A DNA stretch of 64,000 bases from Longimicrobiales bacterium (GTDB lineage: Bacteria; Gemmatimonadota; Gemmatimonadetes; Longimicrobiales; Gaopeijiaceae), in NCBI GenBank assembly GCA_965248195.1, contig CBDFIQ010000001.1, forward strand, positions 1,344,001 through 1,408,000, given 5' to 3'. The notes under the pieces were generated by a model, which had not been told where the DNA came from, ran no database searches, and saw nothing but the letters and a program-made list of their open reading frames with translations. The position numbers and the translations under genes were made by a program. Each line of letters opens with the position of its first letter. Positions within the stretch are counted from its first letter, which is position 1. Shown here in pieces: positions 30,905 through 39,749 of the stretch.

Positions 30905-31981
30905 ATGCCGTCCTCCACCCGTTCGATCCTCGGCCCGGTTGTGGTCGCGCTCGCGCTCGCATCATTGATCGCCCCGCAATCCCCGCTCGCGGCGCAGCAG
31001 CCCGCGGCGCCCGTGGGTGCCTACGACGCGTCGCCGTATCTGGGGGAGATCCGTAACACTGTCCTCTATGGAGACATCTGGGAGCGGCCCCAACTTTCGG
31101 CCCGAGACCGTAGCCTCGTCACGGTCGCCGTGACCCAGGCGCTCTACGCGACGAACGAGCTTCGCCTCCACATCGGCAGGGCACTCGACAACGGCGTCAC
31201 GCAGAGCGAGATCGCCGAGCTCATCGCGCACGTGCTGTGGTATTCGGGATTCCCGACCGCGGTGAACGCGGCCCGGGTCGCCGCCGAGGTGTTTGCCGAG
31301 CGCAGCCTCCCGGAGTCCCCGCCGGAGTCGTCGCCGCGGGAACCCAGTCTGGACGATCCCCTTTTCCCTGGCGTCTTTCCCGCCACCCCCTACGTCGGGG
31401 ACCTCCTCAATCTGCTCTACGCCGAGACCTGGGAGCGACCGGAGTTGTCGCTCCGGGATCGGAGCCTCGTGACCGTGGCGGTCGGCACGGCGCTTTATGC
31501 GTCCAGCGAGGTCCGCTTCCACGTGGGTCGGGCGCTCGACAATGGGGTGACCCAGGAGGAGATTTCCGAACTCATCACCCACGTGACGTTCTACTCCGGC
31601 TTCCCGACAGGCGTGAACGCGGCGCGTGTGGCCGCTGATGTGTTCGAACAGCGAGGCCTGCCACTGCCGGACGCTCGGTTCCCCGGCGCTCCTTATCTCG
31701 ATACGCTGATCTCCGGCCTCGTTTACCGCGACACCTGGCCGCGCAGCGAGCTGTCGCTTCGTGACCGCAGCCTCATCACGATCGCCATGACACAGGCCGC
31801 GTACCAAACGGACCAACTCCGCGGTCACCTCGGACGGGGGCTCGACAACGGCATCACGCCGGAAGAGCTCTCCGAGATGATGGCCCATGTGACGCTGTAT
31901 TCGGGCTTCCCGAGCGGAGTGAACGGGTCGCGGTTGCTGGCCGCTGTGCTGCAAGAGCGCGGGATTCCGCTCCCGAACTGA
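30905..31981 (+). CDS. Secreted protein with three tandem carboxymuconolactone decarboxylase (CMD) domains
   Basis: Signal peptide; three copies of W.R..LS.RDRSL.T.A...H.GR.LDNG.T..E..E...HV..YSGFP. Confidence 0.88.
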   Translation: MPSSTRSILGPVVVALALASLIAPQSPLAAQQPAAPVGAYDASPYLGEIRNTVLYGDIWERPQLSARDRSLVTVAVTQALYATNELRLHIGRALDNGVTQSEIAELIAHVLWYSGFPTAVNAARVAAEVFAERSLPESPPESSPREPSLDDPLFPGVFPATPYVGDLLNLLYAETWERPELSLRDRSLVTVAVGTALYASSEVRFHVGRALDNGVTQEEISELITHVTFYSGFPTGVNAARVAADVFEQRGLPLPDARFPGAPYLDTLISGLVYRDTWPRSELSLRDRSLITIAMTQAAYQTDQLRGHLGRGLDNGITPEELSEMMAHVTLYSGFPSGVNGSRLLAAVLQERGIPLPN

Positions 31982-32136
31982 GGCGGCGCGAACCGGTATG
32001 GCCTCTTGAGCGATCAAGGCTAGTATCTGGGGACACGATGGGGGGCCGTTCTGTCTAGGTGCGATGGCTGGATGGGACGAACAGAGGGAAAGAACCGCCG
32101 GGCTATTCATCGGCTTCTCACCTGCGTATCTTTTCG

Positions 32137-32502
32137 ATGATGCGATCGATAATTCCGCTTGTTTGGTGCCTATCGGCGTGCGGCGGTGTTGAACCCGCCT
32201 ACACCATCGAGCTGCTGAACGACTCGCTCCTCGATCCCATTCCAGCAGAGTATCCGGGGTGGTATCTCGACGTAGAATCCTGTCTCGCACAGCTTGGTGA
32301 TTTCGACACGATCACGTGGTACGTGGCCGACGAGGTGTTCCTCAATGGCGAGCAGAAGGCGGGTTTCATCAAGTTCCCCAACAAGATTACCATGTTGGCT
32401 GACGCCATTTACATCCAAAGCTCCGTCAAGCATGAGATGATCCACCATGTACTTCAGCGCACCGGGCTCCACGGCACGGACGTATTCGATAGGTGCTCAT
32501 AG
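32137..32502 (+). CDS. Hypothetical lipoprotein with HExxH motif
   Basis: LSAC lipobox; HEMIH. Confidence 0.65.
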   Translation: MMRSIIPLVWCLSACGGVEPAYTIELLNDSLLDPIPAEYPGWYLDVESCLAQLGDFDTITWYVADEVFLNGEQKAGFIKFPNKITMLADAIYIQSSVKHEMIHHVLQRTGLHGTDVFDRCS

Positions 32503-32563
32503 CTAGTTTCTCCCGATGGTGCGCGGGCAAAGCAGCTTAGGCTTGGCGTTCAGGCGAGGTTGA

Positions 32564-33343
32564 ATGTTCCCGATACGAGACGACAATCCACAGATTCTGC
32601 GGCCGTATGCCACGTACGCTATTGTGGCCTGCAACGCGTTGGCCTGGTTCTACTGGCAGGGTGCGGGCATGGAGCCAGCGCTCTCTACGTCGGTTTGTCG
32701 TCTTGGCCTCATTCCAGGGGAGTTGCTTCAGAGGGTTCCGGCAGGGACTCAGTTCCCCGTCGGGCCGGGCGCGGTCTGCGTCACGGGCGATACTTCGACC
32801 TGGCCGACGGCGATCACGTCGATGTTTCTGCACGGAGGGTGGTTCCATCTCATCGGTAACATGTGGTTCCTCTGGATCTTCGGTAACAACGTGGAAGATG
32901 CGATGGGGCACCTTCGCTTCGTCGGGTTCTACCTGCTGTGCGGATTAGCCGCGGCGGGCCTCCAGATCGCCACGAATCCCGAATCGGCCGTACCGATGGT
33001 CGGGGCTTCAGGCGCGATTGGCGGTGTGATGGGTGCATACGTGCTTCTGTATCCGAGGGTACACGTGCACATGCTCATCTTCATCGGATTCTACATCACT
33101 ACGATTGCCGTTCCTGCGTTCCTGATGCTCGGCTATTGGTTCTTGTTGCAGTTCTTGGGCGGGCTGGGCACATTGGGCGCGCAGGGCGGCGGCGTCGCTT
33201 TTTGGGCGCACATCGGGGGTTTTGCCGCGGGCGCGATCCTGATCGCCTTCTTCCGCAACCCCCGTCTGTTGGCGCGGCATCCCTATTACGGCTGGCGACC
33301 ACAGAGGTCCCCAACGCAAAGCTGGCGGAAAATCTCCAGGTAG
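32564..33343 (+). CDS. Rhomboid family intramembrane serine protease
   Basis: MFLHGGWFHLIGNM, GASG, AHIGGF. Confidence 0.95.
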   Translation: MFPIRDDNPQILRPYATYAIVACNALAWFYWQGAGMEPALSTSVCRLGLIPGELLQRVPAGTQFPVGPGAVCVTGDTSTWPTAITSMFLHGGWFHLIGNMWFLWIFGNNVEDAMGHLRFVGFYLLCGLAAAGLQIATNPESAVPMVGASGAIGGVMGAYVLLYPRVHVHMLIFIGFYITTIAVPAFLMLGYWFLLQFLGGLGTLGAQGGGVAFWAHIGGFAAGAILIAFFRNPRLLARHPYYGWRPQRSPTQSWRKISR

Positions 33344-33560
33344 CGGCAAGTCTCCAGATAGTCGACAGAGGTTGTCGGCCAGGTAGACTGCCCACTCCAG
33401 TCGTCGCGCTACACGCTCATCGGGGCGACGTCACGTCAAGACCGCGATCAGCACAGCAGTCGTTGGTCGCTGTAGCCATGGTGATACCTGTGAGAGGACG
33501 CCGACCCGGGGGAGGCACACCGAGCGGTCCAATGTGAGGGGCGAGTCGCGGCCGGGCAAA

Positions 33561-33588
33561 TCGGGGTTCGAGTCCCTGGCGGGGCACT
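33561..33588 (+). mobile_element. Second 3'-tRNA fragment (28 bp), att-like
   Basis: TCGGGGTTCGAGTCCCTGGCGGGGCACT, identical to 23779..23806. Confidence 0.8.
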
Positions 33589-33776
33589 CGGAAAGACAAG
33601 GGCTCGAACGGGCATGGAGCCGCGAGTGGAAGGCTGGTGCCAGTAAAATAGCGCTGCCGGAGCGTTGGGGACCGTGCGGGCGATCGGAACTCTCCGTATA
33701 ATAGTTTTGAATATTATTGTTGTTGGACGAACGGGTGGGTCGAGGTCACCGTCACCAACTGACCGGAGAGTTTCAG

Positions 33777-35165
33777 ATGAGTGGGACAAAAGGACTTCCG
33801 AATATTTGGGTAGCACTCTTTGGTGCCGTGCTCGCGGGAACGATGGCGTTGCCGCAGGCCGTCGCCGCGCAGGACGTAACCTACGCCGACGACGTTGCAG
33901 TCATCGTTCGGGACAACTGCGTGAGATGTCATCGGGCGGGCACGGCTGCGCCGATGGTGCTCGACACCTACGAGCAAGTAAGGGCGTTTGCGCCATTGAT
34001 CAAGAAGGCCGTGGAGACGCGGACGATGCCACCGGGCTGGTATATAGACCGGACCGTGGGGATCCAGGACTTCAAGAACGACCCGTCGCTCTCCGAGCGG
34101 GAGATCGAGACGATCGTCAATTGGGTGGACTCGGGCACGCCGGCGGGCAATCTGGCTCAGCTGCCGCCGCCGCGGGAGTGGCGGGCAGACCACGAGTATT
34201 GGCAGATCGAACAGGACTTCGATTGGGGGCCACCGGACATGATCATCACGTCGCCACCGTTCACGGTTCCTGCCAATAGCGGGGATCAGTGGTGGGAGCC
34301 GGACGTAGACGTGAATGATGTACTCGACACGCAGCTGACAGAGCGCAGGTGGGTCAGGGCGGTGGAGACGAGGCCCGCGGACACTGAGAGCGGATACGTC
34401 TTTCATCACGCCAACACGTTCCTCCGTAGGGAGGAGGTGGAGGACGTGGACGCCGGTGGGCGGCTTTCCGGCTCCGCGGTCGGAAAGAGAATGGACATGT
34501 ATCCGGAGGATTCCGGCAAGATGATCCTGCCCGACGACAAACTCCACTTTTCGCTGCACCTCTTCCCGATCGGGAGGGAAGTGGTCGACGCGCAAATCCA
34601 GGTGGGCGTTTGGTTATACCCAGAGGGAGAAAGGCCACAGTACTCCACGCCCGATGAGATTTCACACAATTCGGGTGAGGCGCGTGATCTAGGCCTGCCG
34701 CGATACACCGATCTGCTCATTCCGCCCCATGGATACCAGATGCTTCGGGGCAACTTTGTGCTCGAGGAGAACGCGCGGGTTCATAGCATACGCGGCCATA
34801 TGCACCTTCGAGGCGGATATCAGATGATGGAGGTGATCTATCCCGACGGCCGCCGGGAGGTCATCAACAAGATCGACTGGAACCATCTGTGGCACACCAC
34901 GCACATCTACGAGGATTGGGCGCAGCCCCTGTTGCCGAAGGGCACGGTGATCATCGCCACCGCCTTGCTGGACAATACGGCGGACAATCCATCCAACCCC
35001 GACCCTGACCAATGGGTGGTCTACGGAAGGAGGAGCGTGAGCGAGATGGCCCACACCCGTTTCGGGATGACCTACATCCCGGATGAGGACTTCGCAGAGA
35101 TGGTCGCGGAGCGGGAGCGGATCCTGAGGGAGCGGGCTCGGCCCGCCGCCGACGGCGGGGGATGA
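33777..35165 (+). CDS. Secreted cytochrome c + copper type II monooxygenase-like protein, copy 1
   Basis: Signal peptide; CVRCH; MPP.W; FHHAN, HMH and SEM putative Cu ligands. Confidence 0.8.
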   Translation: MSGTKGLPNIWVALFGAVLAGTMALPQAVAAQDVTYADDVAVIVRDNCVRCHRAGTAAPMVLDTYEQVRAFAPLIKKAVETRTMPPGWYIDRTVGIQDFKNDPSLSEREIETIVNWVDSGTPAGNLAQLPPPREWRADHEYWQIEQDFDWGPPDMIITSPPFTVPANSGDQWWEPDVDVNDVLDTQLTERRWVRAVETRPADTESGYVFHHANTFLRREEVEDVDAGGRLSGSAVGKRMDMYPEDSGKMILPDDKLHFSLHLFPIGREVVDAQIQVGVWLYPEGERPQYSTPDEISHNSGEARDLGLPRYTDLLIPPHGYQMLRGNFVLEENARVHSIRGHMHLRGGYQMMEVIYPDGRREVINKIDWNHLWHTTHIYEDWAQPLLPKGTVIIATALLDNTADNPSNPDPDQWVVYGRRSVSEMAHTRFGMTYIPDEDFAEMVAERERILRERARPAADGGG

Positions 35166-35236
35166 CCGAAGGCAGGAGGATGTAGGCGAGTAGGAGGGAA
35201 ACCTGCCCGGAGGGCAGGCAGGGCAGCGGTCCCGGG

Positions 35237-35270
35237 GAGCCCGGCGCGGATTCAGTTCGGCGTCGGGCTC
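35237..35270 (+). terminator. Hairpin after copy 1
   Basis: GAGCCCGGCGC...GCGTCGGGCTC. Confidence 0.55.
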
Positions 35271-35339
35271 TCTGCCATCGCGCTGGCCCCCCGGTCATCA
35301 TGGAAGCCGTCACACGTATTCGTTGTCAGACGTTATTCA

Positions 35340-35870
35340 ATGGGTAAACCCGTGCCCACGATGAACGCCGAGGCACCCATGGTTCAATATTCCGCACGCC
35401 CCGATCTATCCCGGACGCCCCGCGCCGCATCCGTTTTAGCCGCTATCCTCCTCCTCAGCTCGCTGGCTTGCGGCGGCTCGACCGGCCCCGAGGTGGATCG
35501 TTTGGGTGAGCAACGCGCGCTCTGGCAGGCTCTTGGCCTCAACGACTACACGTACGACGTGCAGCGGATCTGCTTTTGCCCCTTCAGGGAGGGAGTCCGG
35601 GTTACCGTGGTGGACGGCGCCGTAGCCGGAGCCACCGACCTGGCGACCGGAGAGGTGTTGGAGCCCAACGAGGAGCAGTGGTACCTGACGATCGACGACC
35701 TCTTCGCCCTCGTGCAGGACGCCTACGACCAGAACGCTCACGAGGTCCAGGTGGAGTTCGATCCGAGCCGTGGGTACCCAACCCGGATCTACATCGACTA
35801 CTCGGAGATGATCGCGGACGCGGAGTTGGGCTTCACGCTTTTGAGTGAGGTCCGGGCGTCGGAAGGCTGA
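35340..35870 (+). CDS. DUF6174-like lipoprotein
   Basis: SLAC lipobox; W.....DYTY...CFC; TIDDLF; FDPSRGYP. Confidence 0.8.
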   Translation: MGKPVPTMNAEAPMVQYSARPDLSRTPRAASVLAAILLLSSLACGGSTGPEVDRLGEQRALWQALGLNDYTYDVQRICFCPFREGVRVTVVDGAVAGATDLATGEVLEPNEEQWYLTIDDLFALVQDAYDQNAHEVQVEFDPSRGYPTRIYIDYSEMIADAELGFTLLSEVRASEG

Positions 35871-36043
35871 CGCTCACCGCCGAAGGCCCCCAGGCCCCTC
35901 GGGCCTCTTCGGTTCGAGTAAGGTGTTTATCCAAGGCATCGAACCTAAAGCCTCGTCATCCCCCAACTGCAACGGTTCCGGAGATCGCTGCGTCAAACAG
36001 TCGGGAAACAGCGATACCCGAGCGCGACACGAGGACCCCGACT

Positions 36044-36583
36044 TTGAGCGAACAAGAACTGATCGAGCGGTCTCGCCAAGGCGAGCACATCGCATTCAGG
36101 GAGCTCTACGAAGCCAACGTCGATCGGATCTACCGCCTGACGTACCGAATGGCGGGTGACGACGATCTGGCTCGGGACTTCACGCAGGAGTCGTTCGTGC
36201 GAGCGTACGAGAAGCTCGACCAGTTCCGGGGGGACGCTTCGTTTTCCACTTGGCTTCACTCGATCGCGGTGTCGGTGACGCTCACAGGACTGAGAAAAAT
36301 CCAGCGGCATCGGAAGAGGGAACGGACGCTCGAAGAGACGCCCTACCTCACCGCATCGGCCACGACGCCGGAGCCGGACTTGGGGCGAAGGCTGAAGGAT
36401 GCGATAGATGGGCTTCCCGAGCTCTATCGGACGGTTTTCTTGATGCACGATCTCGAGGGATACAGCCACAACGAGATCGCCACCGCACTCGAGGTTGCGG
36501 AGGGCACGTCGAAGGCTCGTCTCTCCAGAGCGAGGGCCAAGCTGAGGGATATGCTGGGGGATTTTGCCCAGGAGTACGCGTGA
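36044..36583 (+). CDS. ECF RNA polymerase sigma factor
   Basis: DFTQESF, FSTWLH.I, YSHNEIA..L....GTSKARLSRAR. Confidence 0.95.
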   Translation: MSEQELIERSRQGEHIAFRELYEANVDRIYRLTYRMAGDDDLARDFTQESFVRAYEKLDQFRGDASFSTWLHSIAVSVTLTGLRKIQRHRKRERTLEETPYLTASATTPEPDLGRRLKDAIDGLPELYRTVFLMHDLEGYSHNEIATALEVAEGTSKARLSRARAKLRDMLGDFAQEYA

Positions 36584-36593
36584 GGAGCGACGG

Positions 36594-37385
36594 ATGAACG
36601 ACGATCACTGGAACGACCGGCTCGAGGGATTCCGGGAGCAGTACTACGCTCCCCCCGAGACGCCTCGGGATGACATCTGGCACGGCATCGAAGCCGCGCT
36701 GGAACAGGCGCCGCCAGAGGAGGTCCTCACGACCTTGGGAGAGGTATACCGGCGTCCCGCGGCGCCACGGGACGAGATGTGGGTCGCCATCGAAGCCGAG
36801 CTTGGCGCCGGACGGGAAGGCACCGACATCATCGCCATGGGTCCGGCTCGACGGAGCCCGACCCCAAGCAAGTCGGTCTGGCGTCGGCACTGGACGGTGT
36901 TGGCCACGGCCGCCGCCGCCCTGCTCGTCATGGGCATCGGACTCGGTCGGGTATCGGTGAATCGGTCCGGAACAGCCGTCGAGCCGGCGGAAGCGACCTC
37001 GGCGGAGGTGGCCTCGGCGGAGGTCCGTTCGGGCACGATGCGAGTGGCCGCCGCGGACCATTTCTCCCGGACGGAGTCCCTGCTCACGATGGTGAGCTCG
37101 GACGCACGAGCCGCTAGGGTGGACGCCGAGGTAGGACGGTGGGCGCGGACCCGGCTGCTGCAAACTCGCCTGCTGATGAACTCTTCGGCCGCGCAGGATC
37201 CGATGATCCTCGAGCTGATCGAAGATCTGGAGGTCGTCCTCATGCAAGTGGTTAGGCTGTCTCCCGAACTCGACGGGTCACGGAGCGGTGAGCTCGATTT
37301 GATCACCGAGGGTCTCGAGGACAACGACATCATGCTGCGGATCCGGGCGATTCTGCCCGCGGGATCCATTCAAGCCGGAATCTAG
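36594..37385 (+). CDS. Putative anti-sigma factor (single TM)
   Basis: Directly follows the ECF gene; P..PRD..W..IEA motif twice; TM AAAALLVMGIGLG. Confidence 0.75.
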   Translation: MNDDHWNDRLEGFREQYYAPPETPRDDIWHGIEAALEQAPPEEVLTTLGEVYRRPAAPRDEMWVAIEAELGAGREGTDIIAMGPARRSPTPSKSVWRRHWTVLATAAAALLVMGIGLGRVSVNRSGTAVEPAEATSAEVASAEVRSGTMRVAAADHFSRTESLLTMVSSDARAARVDAEVGRWARTRLLQTRLLMNSSAAQDPMILELIEDLEVVLMQVVRLSPELDGSRSGELDLITEGLEDNDIMLRIRAILPAGSIQAGI

Positions 37386-37393
37386 GAGGAATA

Positions 37394-38764
37394 ATGATGC
37401 CTACGGGCACAGGGGTGGTAATGATGCCTACGGCCACCCAGCTGATAATGACGGGGGTGGCTTTTCTGGCGACGATGGGACCGGCTCCTGCACGGGGAGC
37501 AGAGGCACCCGAGCTGGCGCCGGTCGTGCTCCAGGCAGATCCGGCGGACGATCTCTACCGTTCCGCACGGCGAGCCATCAACAATCGTGAGTTCCGTGAA
37601 GCGGCCCGGGTGTTCAATCGCCTGCGCCGCGAGCACCGGGCTTCGGTGTATGTGGGCGACTCGTACTACTGGGAGGCCTTCTCGCTCTTCCGGACCGGCG
37701 GCAATGACCGCATGGAGCGTGCGCTCGAGTTGCTCGGCACGCAGGCAGAGGATTTCGCGAACGCGTCCACGACCCCCGATGTGCCCTCACTCCGAGTCCA
37801 GATAGAGGGGGCGCTGGCCCAACTGGGAAACCCCGATGCCGGGCGCAGAGTCGCGGAGCAGGCCTCCCAGTCCTGCGAGTCCGAGGATCAGGAGCTCAGG
37901 ACCATGGCGCTGAGCGCGCTTCTCAACATGAACGCGGAGCGGGCAGTGCCGATCCTGAGGGAAGTGCTGGAGAGCCGGGATGAATGCTCGATCGAGCTGC
38001 GCCGCCAGGCCGTGTTCCTGGTCTCGCAGCACATGACCGACGAGACGGTGGACATCCTGCTGGACCTCGCTCACCGGAACCCGGATCCCGACCGCGAGGT
38101 GCGCGAGCAGGCAGTCTTCTGGCTCTCCCAGGTGGATTCGCCGGAGGCCGTCGACGCCCTCGAGGACATTCTCAGGACGTCCGACGATTCCGAGCTTCAG
38201 GAAAAGGCCATCTTCGCGCTCTCGCAGCACTCCGGCGCGCGCTCCACGGACATCCTCAAGGAGTACGCGGAGCGGACGGACGCCCCGCAGGAGCTGAGGG
38301 AGAACGCCATCTTCTGGCTCGGCCAGAGCCCGGGTGGAGGGGAGTATCTCATGGAGCTGTACTCCAGCGTGGATACGGACGCCCTGAAGGAGAGGATCAT
38401 CTTCGGGGTGTCCCAGTCAGGCACGAGGGCCGATGGGGATTGGCTGCTCGAGCGTGCCCTCGACGAGTCGGAGTCGATCGACATCCGCAAGAACGCCCTT
38501 TTCTGGGCGGGCCAGATGGGCATGGACGTGAGCATGCTCGCGGACTTGTACCTGAGCGTCGAGGACCGCGAGATGAAGGAGCAGATCATCTTCGCGCTCT
38601 CGCAGAGCCCGGACGAGCGCGAGGCGGCAGACCAGCTCATGGAGATCGCCAGGAGTGAGGAGGACTCCGACTTGAAGAGGAACGCGATCTTCTGGCTCGG
38701 CCAGATCGACGACCCGCGCGTGGCGGACTTCCTGCTGGAGGTCATCCGCAACGGGGGGGCATGA
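37394..38764 (+). CDS. HEAT repeat protein
   Basis: Repeated RxxAxFWLxQ / KExIIFxLSQ units. Confidence 0.9.
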   Translation: MMPTGTGVVMMPTATQLIMTGVAFLATMGPAPARGAEAPELAPVVLQADPADDLYRSARRAINNREFREAARVFNRLRREHRASVYVGDSYYWEAFSLFRTGGNDRMERALELLGTQAEDFANASTTPDVPSLRVQIEGALAQLGNPDAGRRVAEQASQSCESEDQELRTMALSALLNMNAERAVPILREVLESRDECSIELRRQAVFLVSQHMTDETVDILLDLAHRNPDPDREVREQAVFWLSQVDSPEAVDALEDILRTSDDSELQEKAIFALSQHSGARSTDILKEYAERTDAPQELRENAIFWLGQSPGGGEYLMELYSSVDTDALKERIIFGVSQSGTRADGDWLLERALDESESIDIRKNALFWAGQMGMDVSMLADLYLSVEDREMKEQIIFALSQSPDEREAADQLMEIARSEEDSDLKRNAIFWLGQIDDPRVADFLLEVIRNGGA

Positions 38765-38799
38765 TGAGACGCGGCCTCGAGTAGGCACCCCCGGCTAGT

Positions 38800-39472
38800 T
38801 CACCGTGCGTCAAGCCATGCTGTGAGCTTTGATCTTTCGCGGACCAAACCATCCTGATTGAAGTGGTGAACACAATAATGCGCCCATGAATCTTCGAACG
38901 CCATTTCCAGATCACCCGTCACCGAGGGTCGTGCCCAGTCCGATTTCTGCGTAGGTAAACTCGAAACTGCCACTAGGGCGTGCCAGCGCAACGTGGAACG
39001 GTTGGCCGTTAAACTCGTTGATTATCGGTCTGCCGCTGCTCGTCATGATGCCCGGTATATCAACCCTTGCGGTTCTCAGTTCCCAGTTCGCTTCGAGACC
39101 TATCGGAAGAAACAATGTCTCGCAGAATTCCGAGCATGTGGACGCGAATACGGAGAAAAAATTGCTCAATGGTTCGCATGCGCCGCCCGAGACGATTGTT
39201 TCAAGTGCAACCCGTTGGGCCTCATCCGCGCGTTCGTCGATAACGATCAGGCGCTTTCCGTTTCCCTCCGCGATTTCCCCGGGCCACTTGTACAGCCCCG
39301 CCCACTTCAGCCCAGGGAGCGGCGTATCGTTGAAATGGCCTTCAGCGAGGTTGCCGACGAAGGCCGACTCACAATAGCCGTAGGTGCTCGCCAAGTTGAA
39401 CTGGCAACCGCAATTCACAGCGCAATTGCAGTTATCATAAGTTTCGCTCTTGAACAGCCATTGATCAGCCAT
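38800..39472 (-). pseudogene. DUF1326 family protein split by a +1 frameshift
   Basis: N-terminal NCNCAVNCGC; extra base at 38926..38928 gives premature GDG*; C-terminus VTGDLEMAFEDSW... continues in ORF 38800..38991. Confidence 0.75.
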
Positions 39473-39749
39473 CTCGCAGATCTCCTCTAAGCCGTCATTT
39501 TGGGTAGGGTCAAGAGGATATGGTGGGACGTAACTGCTGTCCAGGACGACTTCCGTGGAGACCTGGGCGCGCTCCGGAATCAGACTGCGTTCAACATCCG
39601 AGAGCGGGCCGGTAGGCGCGAGCAGAAGCCCAGAATCCGGAGGAGGGCTTTCGGCCGTCGCCCTCATCCTATCTCTTGATGGCACTCGGTCGAGGCTGCA
39701 TTTCAGGCCGGGAGCTACAACTGGGAGGTCGCCGCAAGTGGGGTGGTGC

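Larger units (their letters stand above)
33674..35274 (+). repeat. Duplicated segment, copy 1 (copy 2 at 50646..52191)
   Basis: Shared upstream-gene tail, full CDS and downstream hairpin. Confidence 0.93.
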
